Assembly (NCBI GenBank): GCA_051893155.1
Contig: JBJFGY010000077.1
Span: 1-38,836, forward strand
Source: Bacilli bacterium
Lineage (GTDB): Bacteria; Bacillota_I; Bacilli_A; RF39; UBA660
Reading direction: 5' to 3'
Length of the DNA stretch: 38,836 nt
Shown here: positions 27,281 through 37,208 of the stretch, piece after piece
Layout of the letters: each line of letters opens with the position of its first letter
How positions within the stretch are numbered: the stretch's first letter is position 1
Program-made: the position numbers and the translations under genes
Notes under the pieces: generated by a model
Seen by the model: the letters and a program-made list of their open reading frames with translations, nothing else
Database searches by the model: none
What the model was told of the DNA's origin: nothing

Positions 27281-28600
27281 CTATTTAAATATTTTTTCTA
27301 TATCTTTAAATCCATAACTTTCTAGTCTTTTTATACATTTTGGCATTTTTTTAGTTTCTATAAACTCTCCGTCAACTTCTTTGGAAGAAGTTATACCGAT
27401 TTGTTTAAATTTAAATATATCATTAAGAACTATTTCATCATCTTTAAAGTCTATTACTTCAGAAATTGCACTTACTTTTCTTTTACCATCAGATAAACGT
27501 TCGATATTAATTACAAGATCAATTGCATTAAATATATATTCTCTTACTGCTCTTACTGGAATATCAATATTTGCCATTAAAACCATAGTTTCAAGGCGAT
27601 GTAAAGCATCAATATTACTATTAGCATGAAGTGTTGTAAGACTGCCTTCATGACCAGTATTCATTGCTTGAAGCATATCAAAAGCTTCCCCACCTCTTAC
27701 TTCTCCGACAATTATTCTATCTGGTCTCATACGAAGTGAATTTCTTACTAAATCACGAATAGTTACTTCACCAGTACTTTCATAATTTGTTGTTCTTGTT
27801 TCAAGTGATATTACATGTGGCTGAGAAAGTTTAAGTTCTGCAGCATCTTCAATCGTAATTATTCTTTCTTCTTCAGGAATAAAACTACTTAAAATATTTA
27901 AAAGTGTTGTTTTACCAGAACCAGTTCCACCACATACTAAAATATTCATTTTTGATTTTACAGTGGCCTCAAGAAAAGATGCCATATTTGGAGTAAGTGA
28001 GCCTAAACGAATAAGTTCATCTATATTAGAAATTGATGTTTTAAATTTTCTTATTGTAATTACCGGCCCTTTAGTAGATAAGGGTGGAATAACTGCATTT
28101 ATTCTTGAACCATCTTTAAGTCTTGAATCAACCATTGGACTTGAGGAATCAATAGTTCTACCTAATGGTTCAATTAACTTTTGAATAGTTCTTATAATAT
28201 GCTCATCATTAATAAATGAAATACTTTCATCTTTAATTAAATTACCATCTATTTCAATATATATTTCGCTTGGAGAATTAACCATTATTTCTGTAATATT
28301 TTCATCTTTTAATAGTTCAGTTAAAGGACCATAACCATTTATTTCATTTTCAATTAAATTATATAAATGACTTCTTTCTAAATTTGTTAAATCATATCCT
28401 TCAATAGTTTTATTAATTTCATTATTTAAAAAATCATCTAAATTATCATCATTTGTAATATTTTTATCAATAATATTTTCAACTATTTTAGTTCGTAAAT
28501 TATCAAGTAAATCCTTATCCTTAAAAATATCATAATCATTTATAATATTATTATCTTTAGGAGGATTTTTGTATTCAAATAGTTCTTTTAAATTACTCAT
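27281..28600 (-). CDS. cpaF: Tad pilus ATPase CpaF/TadA
   Basis: GYGPL..LL.D..ITEIMVN, GGTGSGKTT, IEDAAEL, LRMRPDRIIVGEVRG and MNTGHEG motifs. Confidence 0.96.
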   Translation of the reverse strand: MSNLKELFEYKNPPKDNNIINDYDIFKDKDLLDNLRTKIVENIIDKNITNDDNLDDFLNNEINKTIEGYDLTNLERSHLYNLIENEINGYGPLTELLKDENITEIMVNSPSEIYIEIDGNLIKDESISFINDEHIIRTIQKLIEPLGRTIDSSSPMVDSRLKDGSRINAVIPPLSTKGPVITIRKFKTSISNIDELIRLGSLTPNMASFLEATVKSKMNILVCGGTGSGKTTLLNILSSFIPEEERIITIEDAAELKLSQPHVISLETRTTNYESTGEVTIRDLVRNSLRMRPDRIIVGEVRGGEAFDMLQAMNTGHEGSLTTLHANSNIDALHRLETMVLMANIDIPVRAVREYIFNAIDLVINIERLSDGKRKVSAISEVIDFKDDEIVLNDIFKFKQIGITSSKEVDGEFIETKKMPKCIKRLESYGFKDIEKIFK

Positions 28601-29354
28601 TTTCTTCCTCCATATCTTTTAATATTAAATTAAATACTTTATTTATTTTAGGATAAGTTTTAATAAATCTTTTATCTAAAGTTAAAATACTTCCATCATA
28701 AATATAATTATCAATATTTTTAATAAAGAAACTATTATCAATATAATAATCAATGTTTGCTTCAATCATTTTCTTAATATCATACAAACTAAAATATTTT
28801 TTATATAAACTTATTGATTCATTCAAAAGTATCTTATAATTTCTAATATTTGCATCATCAAATATTTTAAGAAGACTTCGCATATTTTTAATATTTGCAA
28901 GATCATTACCCATTATAAGAAGAATTCTATCAACATAATCAAGTAAAAAGACATTTTTTTCAGATAAATCATGATTAGTATCAATAATAACATAATCATA
29001 TTCAAAAATAGCTTTTTCTATTATTAATTCAATATAATTAACACATATTTTAGCACTTTGTCTAGGATCTTTTGTACTTGGTAAAAAATAAATATTATCA
29101 TTATATTTGGTTACATAATCAGATAAACTTTTAAAACGATTATTTGCATAGTCATCTACAAAATTATATATTGTTTTATTAAAAGATTTATTAAGCATTA
29201 AAGCAATAGAACCAAAAGATAAATCATAATCAATTAATAATACTTTTTTATTTGCAAGTGAAAAAATTCCTGCTAGATTAAGTGCAGTTATACTACAACC
29301 AGTTCCACCTTTAGTAGAAAATATACATATACTTTTACCTTTTTTTCTTCCCAT
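28593..29354 (-). CDS. CpaE/TadZ-like ParA/MinD-family ATPase
   Basis: FSTKGGTGCS deviant Walker A, VLLID.DL.FG and YDYVIIDT motifs. Directly upstream of cpaF. Confidence 0.85.
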   Translation of the reverse strand: MGRKKGKSICIFSTKGGTGCSITALNLAGIFSLANKKVLLIDYDLSFGSIALMLNKSFNKTIYNFVDDYANNRFKSLSDYVTKYNDNIYFLPSTKDPRQSAKICVNYIELIIEKAIFEYDYVIIDTNHDLSEKNVFLLDYVDRILLIMGNDLANIKNMRSLLKIFDDANIRNYKILLNESISLYKKYFSLYDIKKMIEANIDYYIDNSFFIKNIDNYIYDGSILTLDKRFIKTYPKINKVFNLILKDMEEENE

Positions 29355-29355
29355 A

Positions 29356-29709
29356 CTAGCCTCTTTGATAAATTATTTTATCTTCTTTTTTTACCCCTTT
29401 AATATTAACTTCTATTATATAATCTTCTTTTTTTATTAAACTTGGGACTTTTTCACTGGCAATTATTTTTAAACCATTACTTCCATCAATTTCAATATTT
29501 TCAAGAACAATATCATTATCTTTATATAAATTAATTATATCATTTTTATCATTTCTTTCAATAGAAAATGCAATAATAGTTTTAGTAACAGAATATAGTT
29601 TTTGTTTTTGATATGTTAAATATACTCTTTCTATTAGTAATCCAAACAAAAGTAAAATAATTGGAAGTATTATAATAAACATAACTAATGATTGGCCTTT
29701 TTTATTCAT
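29356..29709 (-). CDS. TadE/TadG-like pseudopilin
   Basis: KKG|QSLVMFIIILP prepilin-like N-terminus. Confidence 0.75.
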   Translation of the reverse strand: MNKKGQSLVMFIIILPIILLLFGLLIERVYLTYQKQKLYSVTKTIIAFSIERNDKNDIINLYKDNDIVLENIEIDGSNGLKIIASEKVPSLIKKEDYIIEVNIKGVKKEDKIIYQRG

Positions 29710-30004
29710 AAATAACCCTACTTACCGAAACAACATATTTATTTCCAATAATAACACTTATTACTGGACTAAATATATCAATACTTTTATTTAATGTATA
29801 TTTAGTTTTATCTTCATCTGTTTCTTTTAAAAGAGTTATATTATTATCATTTAATTCATTAGATAACACTACATCTTCAATAATACTTTCTAAATTACTT
29901 TTTTCACTATATATTCTTACATAATCAAAAACAGCCAACATTAACATAATAAATATTGGAAGTATTATAATAAACTCAATTAATGCTTGCCCTTTTCTAT
30001 TCAT
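29702..30004 (-). CDS. TadE-like pseudopilin
   Basis: RKG|QALIEFIIILPIF..L...VFD, the classic TadE motif. Confidence 0.85.
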   Translation of the reverse strand: MNRKGQALIEFIIILPIFIMLMLAVFDYVRIYSEKSNLESIIEDVVLSNELNDNNITLLKETDEDKTKYTLNKSIDIFSPVISVIIGNKYVVSVSRVIYE

Positions 30005-30019
30005 ATCTACCCTATAATA

Positions 30020-30078
30020 AGTATAAGATAAGTTTACTTAAAATTCAATAAAAAAAGTTATAAGGCTAGCTTATAACT
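30020..30078 (-). promoter_or_regulatory. sigE terminator followed by the sigma-A promoter of the Tad operon
   Basis: Hairpin AGTTATAAG/CTTATAACT (30056-30078) with a T-run, then TTGAAT(30048-30043)-17-TATACT(30025-30020). Confidence 0.7.
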
Positions 30079-30746
30079 GATGAAATATTATTTATTACTT
30101 TTTTTTCTATTCTTGAGATATAACTTTGCGATATACCTAGCATATTTGCAACTTCTTTTTGCGTATATTCTCTTGTATTATTAAGACCATATCTTAATAC
30201 CATAATTTCTTTATCTCTTTTAGATAAATTATTAATTTCTTTATTTAAAAATTCTTTATTAATTTTATGTTCAAATTCTTTATCTACAATATCTTCGCCA
30301 GTACCTAAAACATCTGAAAGTTTTAACTCATTCCCTTCAGCATCATAATTTAAAGTATCCTCTAAAGAAACTTCTTGTTTACTTTTTTTATTTTTTCTAA
30401 TATACATTAATATCTCATTAGATATACATCTTGAAGCATATGTAGCAAGTTTAATATTTTTATCAATCTTATAAGTATTAATACCCTTTATAAGACCAAT
30501 TGAACCAATTGAAACTAAATCTTCTATATCATAACCAGTACTTTCATATTTTTTAGCTAAAAAAACAACTAATCTTAAATTATGTTCAATTAATTTATCT
30601 TTAGCTTTTTCATCACCTTGTTTGGCTTTTATTAAATATGATAGTTCATCTTCTTTTGAAAGAGGTGGAGGAAGTTTATCAGTTGCTCCCACAAAAAAAA
30701 CTTCATCATATTTAATTCTTAATTTTTGTAATAATTTTTTAAACAT
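30066..30746 (-). CDS. sigE: Mother-cell sporulation sigma factor pro-SigE
   Basis: Basic pro-peptide, LPPPLS, LIEHNLRLVV, EDLVSIG.IGLIK, KLATYASRCI.NEILM and TQKEVA..LGISQSYISR motifs. Follows spoIIGA. Confidence 0.92.
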   Translation of the reverse strand: MFKKLLQKLRIKYDEVFFVGATDKLPPPLSKEDELSYLIKAKQGDEKAKDKLIEHNLRLVVFLAKKYESTGYDIEDLVSIGSIGLIKGINTYKIDKNIKLATYASRCISNEILMYIRKNKKSKQEVSLEDTLNYDAEGNELKLSDVLGTGEDIVDKEFEHKINKEFLNKEINNLSKRDKEIMVLRYGLNNTREYTQKEVANMLGISQSYISRIEKKVINNISSVIS

Positions 30747-31530
30747 AATTATCCTCCTTTAATTTTTTATTTAAAATACAATCTATTCCATCTTTTAATT
30801 TAATTTTAGACTCACCTATTAAATAATTGTATATTTTATTATTATTAATAATAATATAACTAGGTTTAAAACATTTTAATAAAGAAGTTCCATCAATTGT
30901 TTTAAATGGTACATATACTGGATCTCTTATGTTATATATTTTTTTAAGTAAATTACTGTTTATTATAATAACGCCTTTTTTAGTTATTGGATCAACTAAA
31001 TTATTACCATTATCATAAAAACTTATACAACTTATTTCAATATTATCAAATACTATTTTAATTTTATAATAATCACTATATGTATTTTTTAATTTTTTAT
31101 TACTTTTATAATAGAAAAATAAGATAATAGGACTAATTATTAAAAGAAGTATATAGTTTATAGATATTTTTTTATTTACAAAAACTATTCCCACATGGTA
31201 ATAAGATAATTCATTATTAAGTAAATATAAAAAACCCGCTAAAATAATAGAGGACATATATAAATAACATATATTATATAAAGTATATTTAATACTTATA
31301 AATTTATATGATATTAAACACATAATAATGCTAACTAATATTTTTAAAATAAAGGCAATTATTTCATTAATGTTTAAAAATAGTAAAAATATACTAAATG
31401 CTCCAATTAAAGATGCAATAATAATTCTTATAAATTTAACCTTTCTTTTTAAAGTCATAGCCACAGTTAAAAGTAATAAAAAATCATATGCAAAATTAAT
31501 AAAAAAAATTAGGTCTAAATATATTACCAT
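30739..31530 (-). CDS. spoIIGA: Pro-sigma-E processing peptidase SpoIIGA
   Basis: IYLD..F.INF..D, five TM segments and the aspartic protease motif DNGN.L.DP. Lies between ftsZ and sigE. Confidence 0.9.
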   Translation of the reverse strand: MVIYLDLIFFINFAYDFLLLLTVAMTLKRKVKFIRIIIASLIGAFSIFLLFLNINEIIAFILKILVSIIMCLISYKFISIKYTLYNICYLYMSSIILAGFLYLLNNELSYYHVGIVFVNKKISINYILLLIISPIILFFYYKSNKKLKNTYSDYYKIKIVFDNIEISCISFYDNGNNLVDPITKKGVIIINSNLLKKIYNIRDPVYVPFKTIDGTSLLKCFKPSYIIINNNKIYNYLIGESKIKLKDGIDCILNKKLKEDNYV

Positions 31531-31545
31531 ATTATCACCTAATTT

Positions 31546-31579
31546 ATTTTAAAATAATTAATTTAAAAAATTTGTCAAA
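31546..31579 (-). promoter_or_regulatory. Putative Spo0A-activated spoIIG promoter
   Basis: TTGACA(31578-31573)-21-TAAAAT(31551-31546). The -35-like hexamer is also a 0A-box-like TGTCAAA on the plus strand. Confidence 0.55.
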
Positions 31580-31580
31580 T

Positions 31581-32141
31581 TTATGCTTTTAAATATGTTT
31601 CATATTTTTCTTTTAAAAAGTTAGAAAAATTATCATCAAAAACATTTATATACTCAATAATATTTCCTTCTTTAATAAAGAGTATCATTGGTTCACTTAT
31701 TTGATTATCTAATAAATAATCATCAAGTTTATCAGTAAGTTTTTGATAATTCAAATTACTTTCATTTTTATCATTTAATAAATCATAATAATAAGCATTT
31801 TCATTTACTTTAGTAGTAAAATCAATAAATTTCGGAATAATTTTTCTACATTCATTTAAATATGGACTTGTAAAAATTAAAATACCAGTTCCATAATCAA
31901 GTAAATTTATAACTTCATCATAAGAAAGTTCGACCATCTTATTATTTTTATCAATTTCAATTTTTTCATAAATATATTTTTTATCAATTTTAGAACTTTG
32001 ATTATTTAAATCTTCATATTTTTCTTTAAAAGAAATATTTTCATTTTTAGATTGCTCTTTAAAATATTTGCTTTTTACTGCACAACTTCCCAAAAAAATT
32101 ATACTGCAAAGCAAAATTGCAATATAAAATTTCTTTTTCAT
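31581..32141 (-). CDS. Lipoprotein with a degenerate thioredoxin-like fold
   Basis: Lipobox FLGSC, GILIFTSPYLNECR and P.ILFIKEG.I motifs. Confidence 0.6.
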   Translation of the reverse strand: MKKKFYIAILLCSIIFLGSCAVKSKYFKEQSKNENISFKEKYEDLNNQSSKIDKKYIYEKIEIDKNNKMVELSYDEVINLLDYGTGILIFTSPYLNECRKIIPKFIDFTTKVNENAYYYDLLNDKNESNLNYQKLTDKLDDYLLDNQISEPMILFIKEGNIIEYINVFDDNFSNFLKEKYETYLKA

Positions 32142-32142
32142 T

Positions 32143-33198
32143 CTAATCCTGATTTCTTAAAAATGGAGGAATTTCATAATCATTATCTAATAATTCTGGA
32201 GTTTTTCTTTTAGGTAATTCAGCTCCATCAAATAATGTTTCATTACTTATTTCTTCATCAAAACCTGTTGCAATTACTGTTACTATTACTTCATCTTGAA
32301 GATTTTCATTTTTAATAGCACCAAAGATAATATTTACATCATTATTAGCGGCTTCTCTAACAGTTTCAACTGCATCTTCAATTTCAAATAATGTTAAATT
32401 ATTACCACCAGTTACGTTAACAATAGCATTTTTAGCTCCATCAATGGTTTCTTCAAGAAGTGAATTTGATACAGCTTGTTTAGCGGCTTCAATAGCTCTA
32501 TTTTCTCCTGCAGCACAACCAATACCAATAATTGCAGTACCACTTTTTTCCATTACTGTTTTAACATCGGCAAAGTCTAGGTTTATTACCCCTGTTACAG
32601 CAATTAAGTCAGATATTGATTGTACACCACGATGAAGTACATTATCAACTTCTTTAAATGCCATATCAAAAGATGTTGTTTTATCAATAATATCTCTTAA
32701 ACGATCATTTGGAATAACAATTAATGTATCAACATGCTTTTTTAAATCTTCTAGGCCTATTAAAGCATTTTCCATTCTTCTTTTGCCCTCGAATTTAAAT
32801 GGTTTTGTAACAATACCTACAGTTAAAGCGCCAAGTTCTTGAGCAATTTCAGCGATAATTGGAGCTGCGCCAGTACCAGTTCCGCCACCCATACCACAAG
32901 CAACGAAAACCATATCAGCACCAGTTAAAGCTTCCTCTAGTTCACTTTTGCTTTCAAGAGCAGCTGCACGACCTACTTCAGGGTTTGCTCCAGCGCCTCT
33001 TCCACCAGTAATATTTTTACCTATTTGAATTTTATTCGTACAAAGTGAAGCATTTAATACTTGTAAATCTGTATTTACTACATAAAATTCAACACTTTGG
33101 ACTCCTTCTTCTATCATTCGGTTAACAGCATTGCATCCGCCACCACCGACACCAACCACTTTTATCTTTGCAACTTGATCCATTACTAAATTTGACAT
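32143..33198 (-). CDS. ftsZ: Cell division protein FtsZ
   Basis: [31 protein letters not shown] and C-terminal EIPPFLR. Confidence 0.99.
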   Translation of the reverse strand: MSNLVMDQVAKIKVVGVGGGGCNAVNRMIEEGVQSVEFYVVNTDLQVLNASLCTNKIQIGKNITGGRGAGANPEVGRAAALESKSELEEALTGADMVFVACGMGGGTGTGAAPIIAEIAQELGALTVGIVTKPFKFEGKRRMENALIGLEDLKKHVDTLIVIPNDRLRDIIDKTTSFDMAFKEVDNVLHRGVQSISDLIAVTGVINLDFADVKTVMEKSGTAIIGIGCAAGENRAIEAAKQAVSNSLLEETIDGAKNAIVNVTGGNNLTLFEIEDAVETVREAANNDVNIIFGAIKNENLQDEVIVTVIATGFDEEISNETLFDGAELPKRKTPELLDNDYEIPPFLRNQD

Positions 33199-33209
33199 CT
33201 ACATCCTCC

Positions 33210-34454
33210 TTAATTATCAAAAAAATATCCATATATTTTACCAAGAAGTGAATTATCGGATATATTAACTTTTTTACCTATACCCCCGAGTTCTTCTTGT
33301 TCATCTAAATTAAAAATAGAATATTCTGCATTTCTAAGTTTTAATCTACTATTATAATATTTAATCATTCCAACACATGTTGAATATTTATTATGCCTTG
33401 CCCCTATTTCTTTTACTTCATAAAATTCTGCTAAATCTTTAAAATTATCATCAAAAAAATGATCAAAATAAGGTAGCATTGTTATTCCCCCTGTAATTAT
33501 TATATAACTAATTTCTTTTTTTGTTAAGAGGTTAATTTGCTTTTTTATAAGCCCAGAAAGTTCTTTTAATCTTGATATAGTAACCGCGCTAACATCATAC
33601 TCACTAATTGTACGATCATCACCATTAATATCTTTAATTGTAATATTTTCATTAGGCCTTGCCATATGAATATCCGCAACAGCTAAATTTTCTTTTAAAT
33701 ATAATGCATCTGTTTTACTTGCTTTAAAAATATATTGAATATCTTTTTCAATTGAAGACGATGCAATATCAATTATTTCTGATGATGTTAAAATGCCTTT
33801 ATTTATAATAGAAACTGTAGTATTACTATAACCAATATTTACAACAGCTCCAACTTTTTTTAACATATCAGGGGTTTTAAATTCATAAAAGTCAGCAAGT
33901 GGAGATACACAAATATCAAAAACTGATACATTTATTTTTTCTAAACATTTAACAATATTTTCAAAATTATTTTTTGGAATAATTACAGCAACAACACTCA
34001 CAGTTAATTTATTAGCAATTGCTTTAATTGGATTTGTTATTGTTTCCTCATCATTTAAAATAAATTTTGTTGGTAAAATTGATACTAATTCCTTATTATC
34101 ACTTACTTTTTTATAAACACTTTTTTGCATTGCTTTAATAACATCTTCATGGGTAATAATTTTATCTTCATTTGTTATAGTTACACTTCCATTTGAAACA
34201 AAGCATTCTAAATTATCACTTGGTACATTTAGTAATACTTTTTTTATTGGTAAACCAACAATTTTCTCAGCTTGTTCAAAAACCTCTTTTAAACAAAATA
34301 ATGCACTTTCTTGATTAACGATATAACCTTTTTTTATTCCTTGAGATGGGCTTTGCACACACGCTAAAATATTAACTTTGTTTTTTTGTATTTCTCCAAC
34401 AACAAGTTTTACTAAACTAGAACCAATATCCAAACTAGCAATTATCTTTCTCAT
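33210..34454 (-). CDS. ftsA: Cell division protein FtsA
   Basis: SLDIGS..VK, GIKKGYIV, ITGG and amphipathic C-terminus KIYGYFFD. Upstream of ftsZ. Confidence 0.93.
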   Translation of the reverse strand: MRKIIASLDIGSSLVKLVVGEIQKNKVNILACVQSPSQGIKKGYIVNQESALFCLKEVFEQAEKIVGLPIKKVLLNVPSDNLECFVSNGSVTITNEDKIITHEDVIKAMQKSVYKKVSDNKELVSILPTKFILNDEETITNPIKAIANKLTVSVVAVIIPKNNFENIVKCLEKINVSVFDICVSPLADFYEFKTPDMLKKVGAVVNIGYSNTTVSIINKGILTSSEIIDIASSSIEKDIQYIFKASKTDALYLKENLAVADIHMARPNENITIKDINGDDRTISEYDVSAVTISRLKELSGLIKKQINLLTKKEISYIIITGGITMLPYFDHFFDDNFKDLAEFYEVKEIGARHNKYSTCVGMIKYYNSRLKLRNAEYSIFNLDEQEELGGIGKKVNISDNSLLGKIYGYFFDN

Positions 34455-34480
34455 TTATCCCACCTATTTTTACTAGTCTT

Positions 34481-34543
34481 ATTATACCTAAGTTTTTGAT
34501 TCTTTACAAGTATAATTGACTTAAGCAAAAAATATATTATAAT
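34481..34543. promoter_or_regulatory. Back-to-back sigma-A promoters
   Basis: Minus strand TTGTAA(34509-34504)-17-TATAAT for ftsA. Plus strand TTGACT(34516-34521)-16-TATAAT for the hydrolase. Confidence 0.65.
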
Positions 34544-34559
34544 ATTAAGAAAGGTTTTT

Positions 34560-35927
34560 ATGAATAATCTAGATAGCAAAGTTACAAATTTTATTGAGTT
34601 TTTATATAATAATCAAAATAATACAGATATTTCTGCATTTAAAAATTTTTATTCAAAAAATGATTATTATAAATTTTTATATGATGTTATTTTTTTATTA
34701 CAAAAATATCCAAATGAAGACATTACTTTTTATAAAGAAAAATTATTTAATGATAGCAAAATTATAAATTATTTAAATGAATTTATTAATGAAGCTCAAA
34801 TGGCTCCATCAATGATTTTAAAATATGGTACTGATTATATAAATGATACTATAATTATTAATGCAAATAATGAAGATACTCTTTTTGATTTAGCATCTAC
34901 TTCCAAAACGTTTACTGCTGTTGCAATACTTAAATTATGTGAAAATAATTTAATTAATCTTGATGATAAGATTACTAAATATGAACCAAGATTTAAAAAT
35001 TTAAATGATTTTACAATACTTGATTTGTTATCTTTTAGAAAACCATTAAAAACAAAAGAAAGGCTTGATAAAGCCAAAAATATAGAAGAAGCTCAAAATA
35101 TTTTATTTAATATTGAGTATAATGAAAATGCAGACCAAACATTTTTATATACTGATATGGGTTGTTTAGTACTTAAATATATTGTTGAAAATGTAACAAA
35201 TATGAAATTTAGTGATTTTTTAAATGAAGAAATTTTTCAAAAAAATAAAATGTTTAATACAGTTTTAAATCCAAAAAATTTAAATAATGTAGCAAACGAA
35301 AATAATTCAATGATAGTATTAAATGATGGAAAAATAATCCAAAATAGTACTCCACTTGGAACTGTACATGATCCAAAAGCAAATATTTTAGGTCAAAAAA
35401 ATGGTGTTTTTCCAGGACATGCCGGATATTTTTCTAATGTAAATGATATGTTTATTTTTGCTAGCAATCTTGCTAATAATAAAATTTTAAGAACTGATAG
35501 TATTTCTTTATTAACAACCCCTTTAGTAGGAAATGAATATTCCTATTATTTTGGATTATTAAATTATTCAAAACAATTAAATCCAAGTTTTATAAAAGTT
35601 CAACCATATTTATCTGGTAAAACTTTTCTTTCACCAGGATTTGCTGGAACTTCTTTATGTGTAGATAATTTAAATAAAGTATATGCATTTATGGCTTCAA
35701 ATAGATTAAATAATCGAATTTATCAAATACCTAATCATTTTAAAAAAGATATTTATACTATAAATAAAGCAAGATATTATCAAGGAAATATAGTTAATTT
35801 TGATTATACTCCTAAATCTCAAGATATAATGAATGTGATAATGACACTTGCTATTAAATATAAATTTTTAGAATATTTTTTTGATTTAAAAAAAGAAATA
35901 ATTTATAAAAAAGCCATAAAAAAATAG
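34560..35927 (+). CDS. Serine hydrolase, beta-lactamase/esterase (AmpC-like) family
   Basis: FDLASTSK (SxxK), FLYTD, GTVHDPKA, GHAG.FS and GFAGTS motifs. No signal peptide. Confidence 0.88.
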   Translation: MNNLDSKVTNFIEFLYNNQNNTDISAFKNFYSKNDYYKFLYDVIFLLQKYPNEDITFYKEKLFNDSKIINYLNEFINEAQMAPSMILKYGTDYINDTIIINANNEDTLFDLASTSKTFTAVAILKLCENNLINLDDKITKYEPRFKNLNDFTILDLLSFRKPLKTKERLDKAKNIEEAQNILFNIEYNENADQTFLYTDMGCLVLKYIVENVTNMKFSDFLNEEIFQKNKMFNTVLNPKNLNNVANENNSMIVLNDGKIIQNSTPLGTVHDPKANILGQKNGVFPGHAGYFSNVNDMFIFASNLANNKILRTDSISLLTTPLVGNEYSYYFGLLNYSKQLNPSFIKVQPYLSGKTFLSPGFAGTSLCVDNLNKVYAFMASNRLNNRIYQIPNHFKKDIYTINKARYYQGNIVNFDYTPKSQDIMNVIMTLAIKYKFLEYFFDLKKEIIYKKAIKK

Positions 35928-35946
35928 TTCATTTTTGAACTATTTT
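35921..35946. terminator. Bidirectional terminator
   Basis: AAAATAGTTCA-tttt-TGAACTATTTT between convergent genes. Confidence 0.8.
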
Positions 35947-36461
35947 AATTTTTCAATTAATTCATTTTTCTTTAAAGTACTATAACCTTTAATTCCTTTA
36001 TCTTTAGCCATATCTTTTAATTCAGCTAATGAAAGAGAATCTAAATTAACATCTGCTTTTGCTTCTTTTTTTGTTTCAACAGTTTTTTCAACTTTTATTG
36101 TTTTTCCATCTAAAGCTTTTTTAGCAGTATTAACAAGTTCAGTAAAACTTTTTGGATCATTAATTGCTAGTTCTGAAAGCATCTTACGATTAATTTCAAT
36201 ACCAGTTTTTGATAAACCATTAATAAATTTTGAATAACTTATATCATTTTCTCTACAAGCAGCATTAATTCTAGTAATCCAAAGTTTTCTAAAGTTTCTT
36301 TTATTTTGTTTACGATCTCTATAAGCATATGCACCACTATGGAATAATTGTTCTTGTGCTGTCTTATATAATCTATGCTTACTTCCAAAATAACCTTTAG
36401 CTTGTTTTAATACTTTTCTTCTTCTATTTTTAGAAACATTTCCGCCTTTAACTCTTGCCAT
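35940..36461 (-). CDS. rplT: 50S ribosomal protein L20 with a C-terminal Rho-N-like extension
   Basis: MARVKGG...AKGYFG...[20 protein letters not shown] core, then an extra [33 protein letters not shown]. Confidence 0.96.
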   Translation of the reverse strand: MARVKGGNVSKNRRRKVLKQAKGYFGSKHRLYKTAQEQLFHSGAYAYRDRKQNKRNFRKLWITRINAACRENDISYSKFINGLSKTGIEINRKMLSELAINDPKSFTELVNTAKKALDGKTIKVEKTVETKKEAKADVNLDSLSLAELKDMAKDKGIKGYSTLKKNELIEKLK

Positions 36462-36475
36462 TTTTTACACCACCC

Positions 36476-36670
36476 TTATATAACTTTTGAAAGGTTCTTT
36501 TCAATACCTTTAGCTAAAACGCCTTTAGTTCTTCTTTGACGAACTGATTTAGCACTATCCTTTCCAGTTTTGTGATTTGAATTACCTTTCTTATAAGTAA
36601 TTGTTCCATTTTTCTTTTTATTTAGTACTTTACTACTTGCCTTATGTGTTTTTTGTTTACATTTTCCCAT
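36476..36670 (-). CDS. rpmI: 50S ribosomal protein L35
   Basis: 64 basic aa with K.KTHKASSK and NH..GK. Lies between infC and rplT. Confidence 0.88.
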   Translation of the reverse strand: MGKCKQKTHKASSKVLNKKKNGTITYKKGNSNHKTGKDSAKSVRQRRTKGVLAKGIEKNLSKVI

Positions 36671-36686
36671 AACAATACTTCCTTTC

Positions 36687-37208
36687 TTATTTTTTTGGAG
36701 CTAACATCATATAAGCTTGTCGACCATCCAATTGAGGTTTTGTTTCAACAGTAGATACATCTGAAAGAGCCTCAGCAAATTTATTTAAAACATCAATACC
36801 AAGTTCTGGATGTGCCATTTGTCTTCCTTTAAAACGAATAAATGCTTTTATTTTATGACCTTTTTTTAAATAATTTTCCGCATTTCTTCTTCTTGTTTCA
36901 AAGTCTCCTACATCGATTGTAACTGATAAACGATATTCTTTAACTTCTTTACTTGTTTCTCTTTGTTTTTTTTGAGCATCTTTTAGTTTCTTTTGCTTTT
37001 CATAACGGAATTTATTATAATCCATTATTTTAGTAACCGCTACACCATTACCTTGATTCATTAATACTAAATCTAATCCTGCATAATTTGCAAGTGTTAG
37101 AGCATCCTCTAATTTTTTAATGCCCAATTTTTCCCCATTTGGACCTATTACCATAACTTGTTCAGCCTTAATCTGATTATTTATAGGTAAATCTTCAACC
37201 TTTGCTAT
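36687..37208 (-). CDS. infC: Translation initiation factor IF-3 (non-canonical ATA start)
   Basis: The frame extends 18 codons upstream of the ORF-track ATG (IAKVEDLPINNQIKAEQV) to ATA 37208, 9 nt after AGGAGG. KIMDY.KF.YE and FKGRQMAH motifs. Confidence 0.93.
   Translation of the reverse strand: MAKVEDLPINNQIKAEQVMVIGPNGEKLGIKKLEDALTLANYAGLDLVLMNQGNGVAVTKIMDYNKFRYEKQKKLKDAQKKQRETSKEVKEYRLSVTIDVGDFETRRRNAENYLKKGHKIKAFIRFKGRQMAHPELGIDVLNKFAEALSDVSTVETKPQLDGRQAYMMLAPKK

Noticed and set aside
25562-30746. Tad pilus co-transcribed with sigE as a sporulation pilus
   Set aside because: A terminator hairpin follows sigE and the Tad genes have their own TTGAAT-17-TATACT promoter.
34560-35927. Beta-lactam resistance gene
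   Set aside because: No signal peptide, YTD instead of YxN, and a GxVHDP motif. These fit cytoplasmic esterase/peptidase members of the family.
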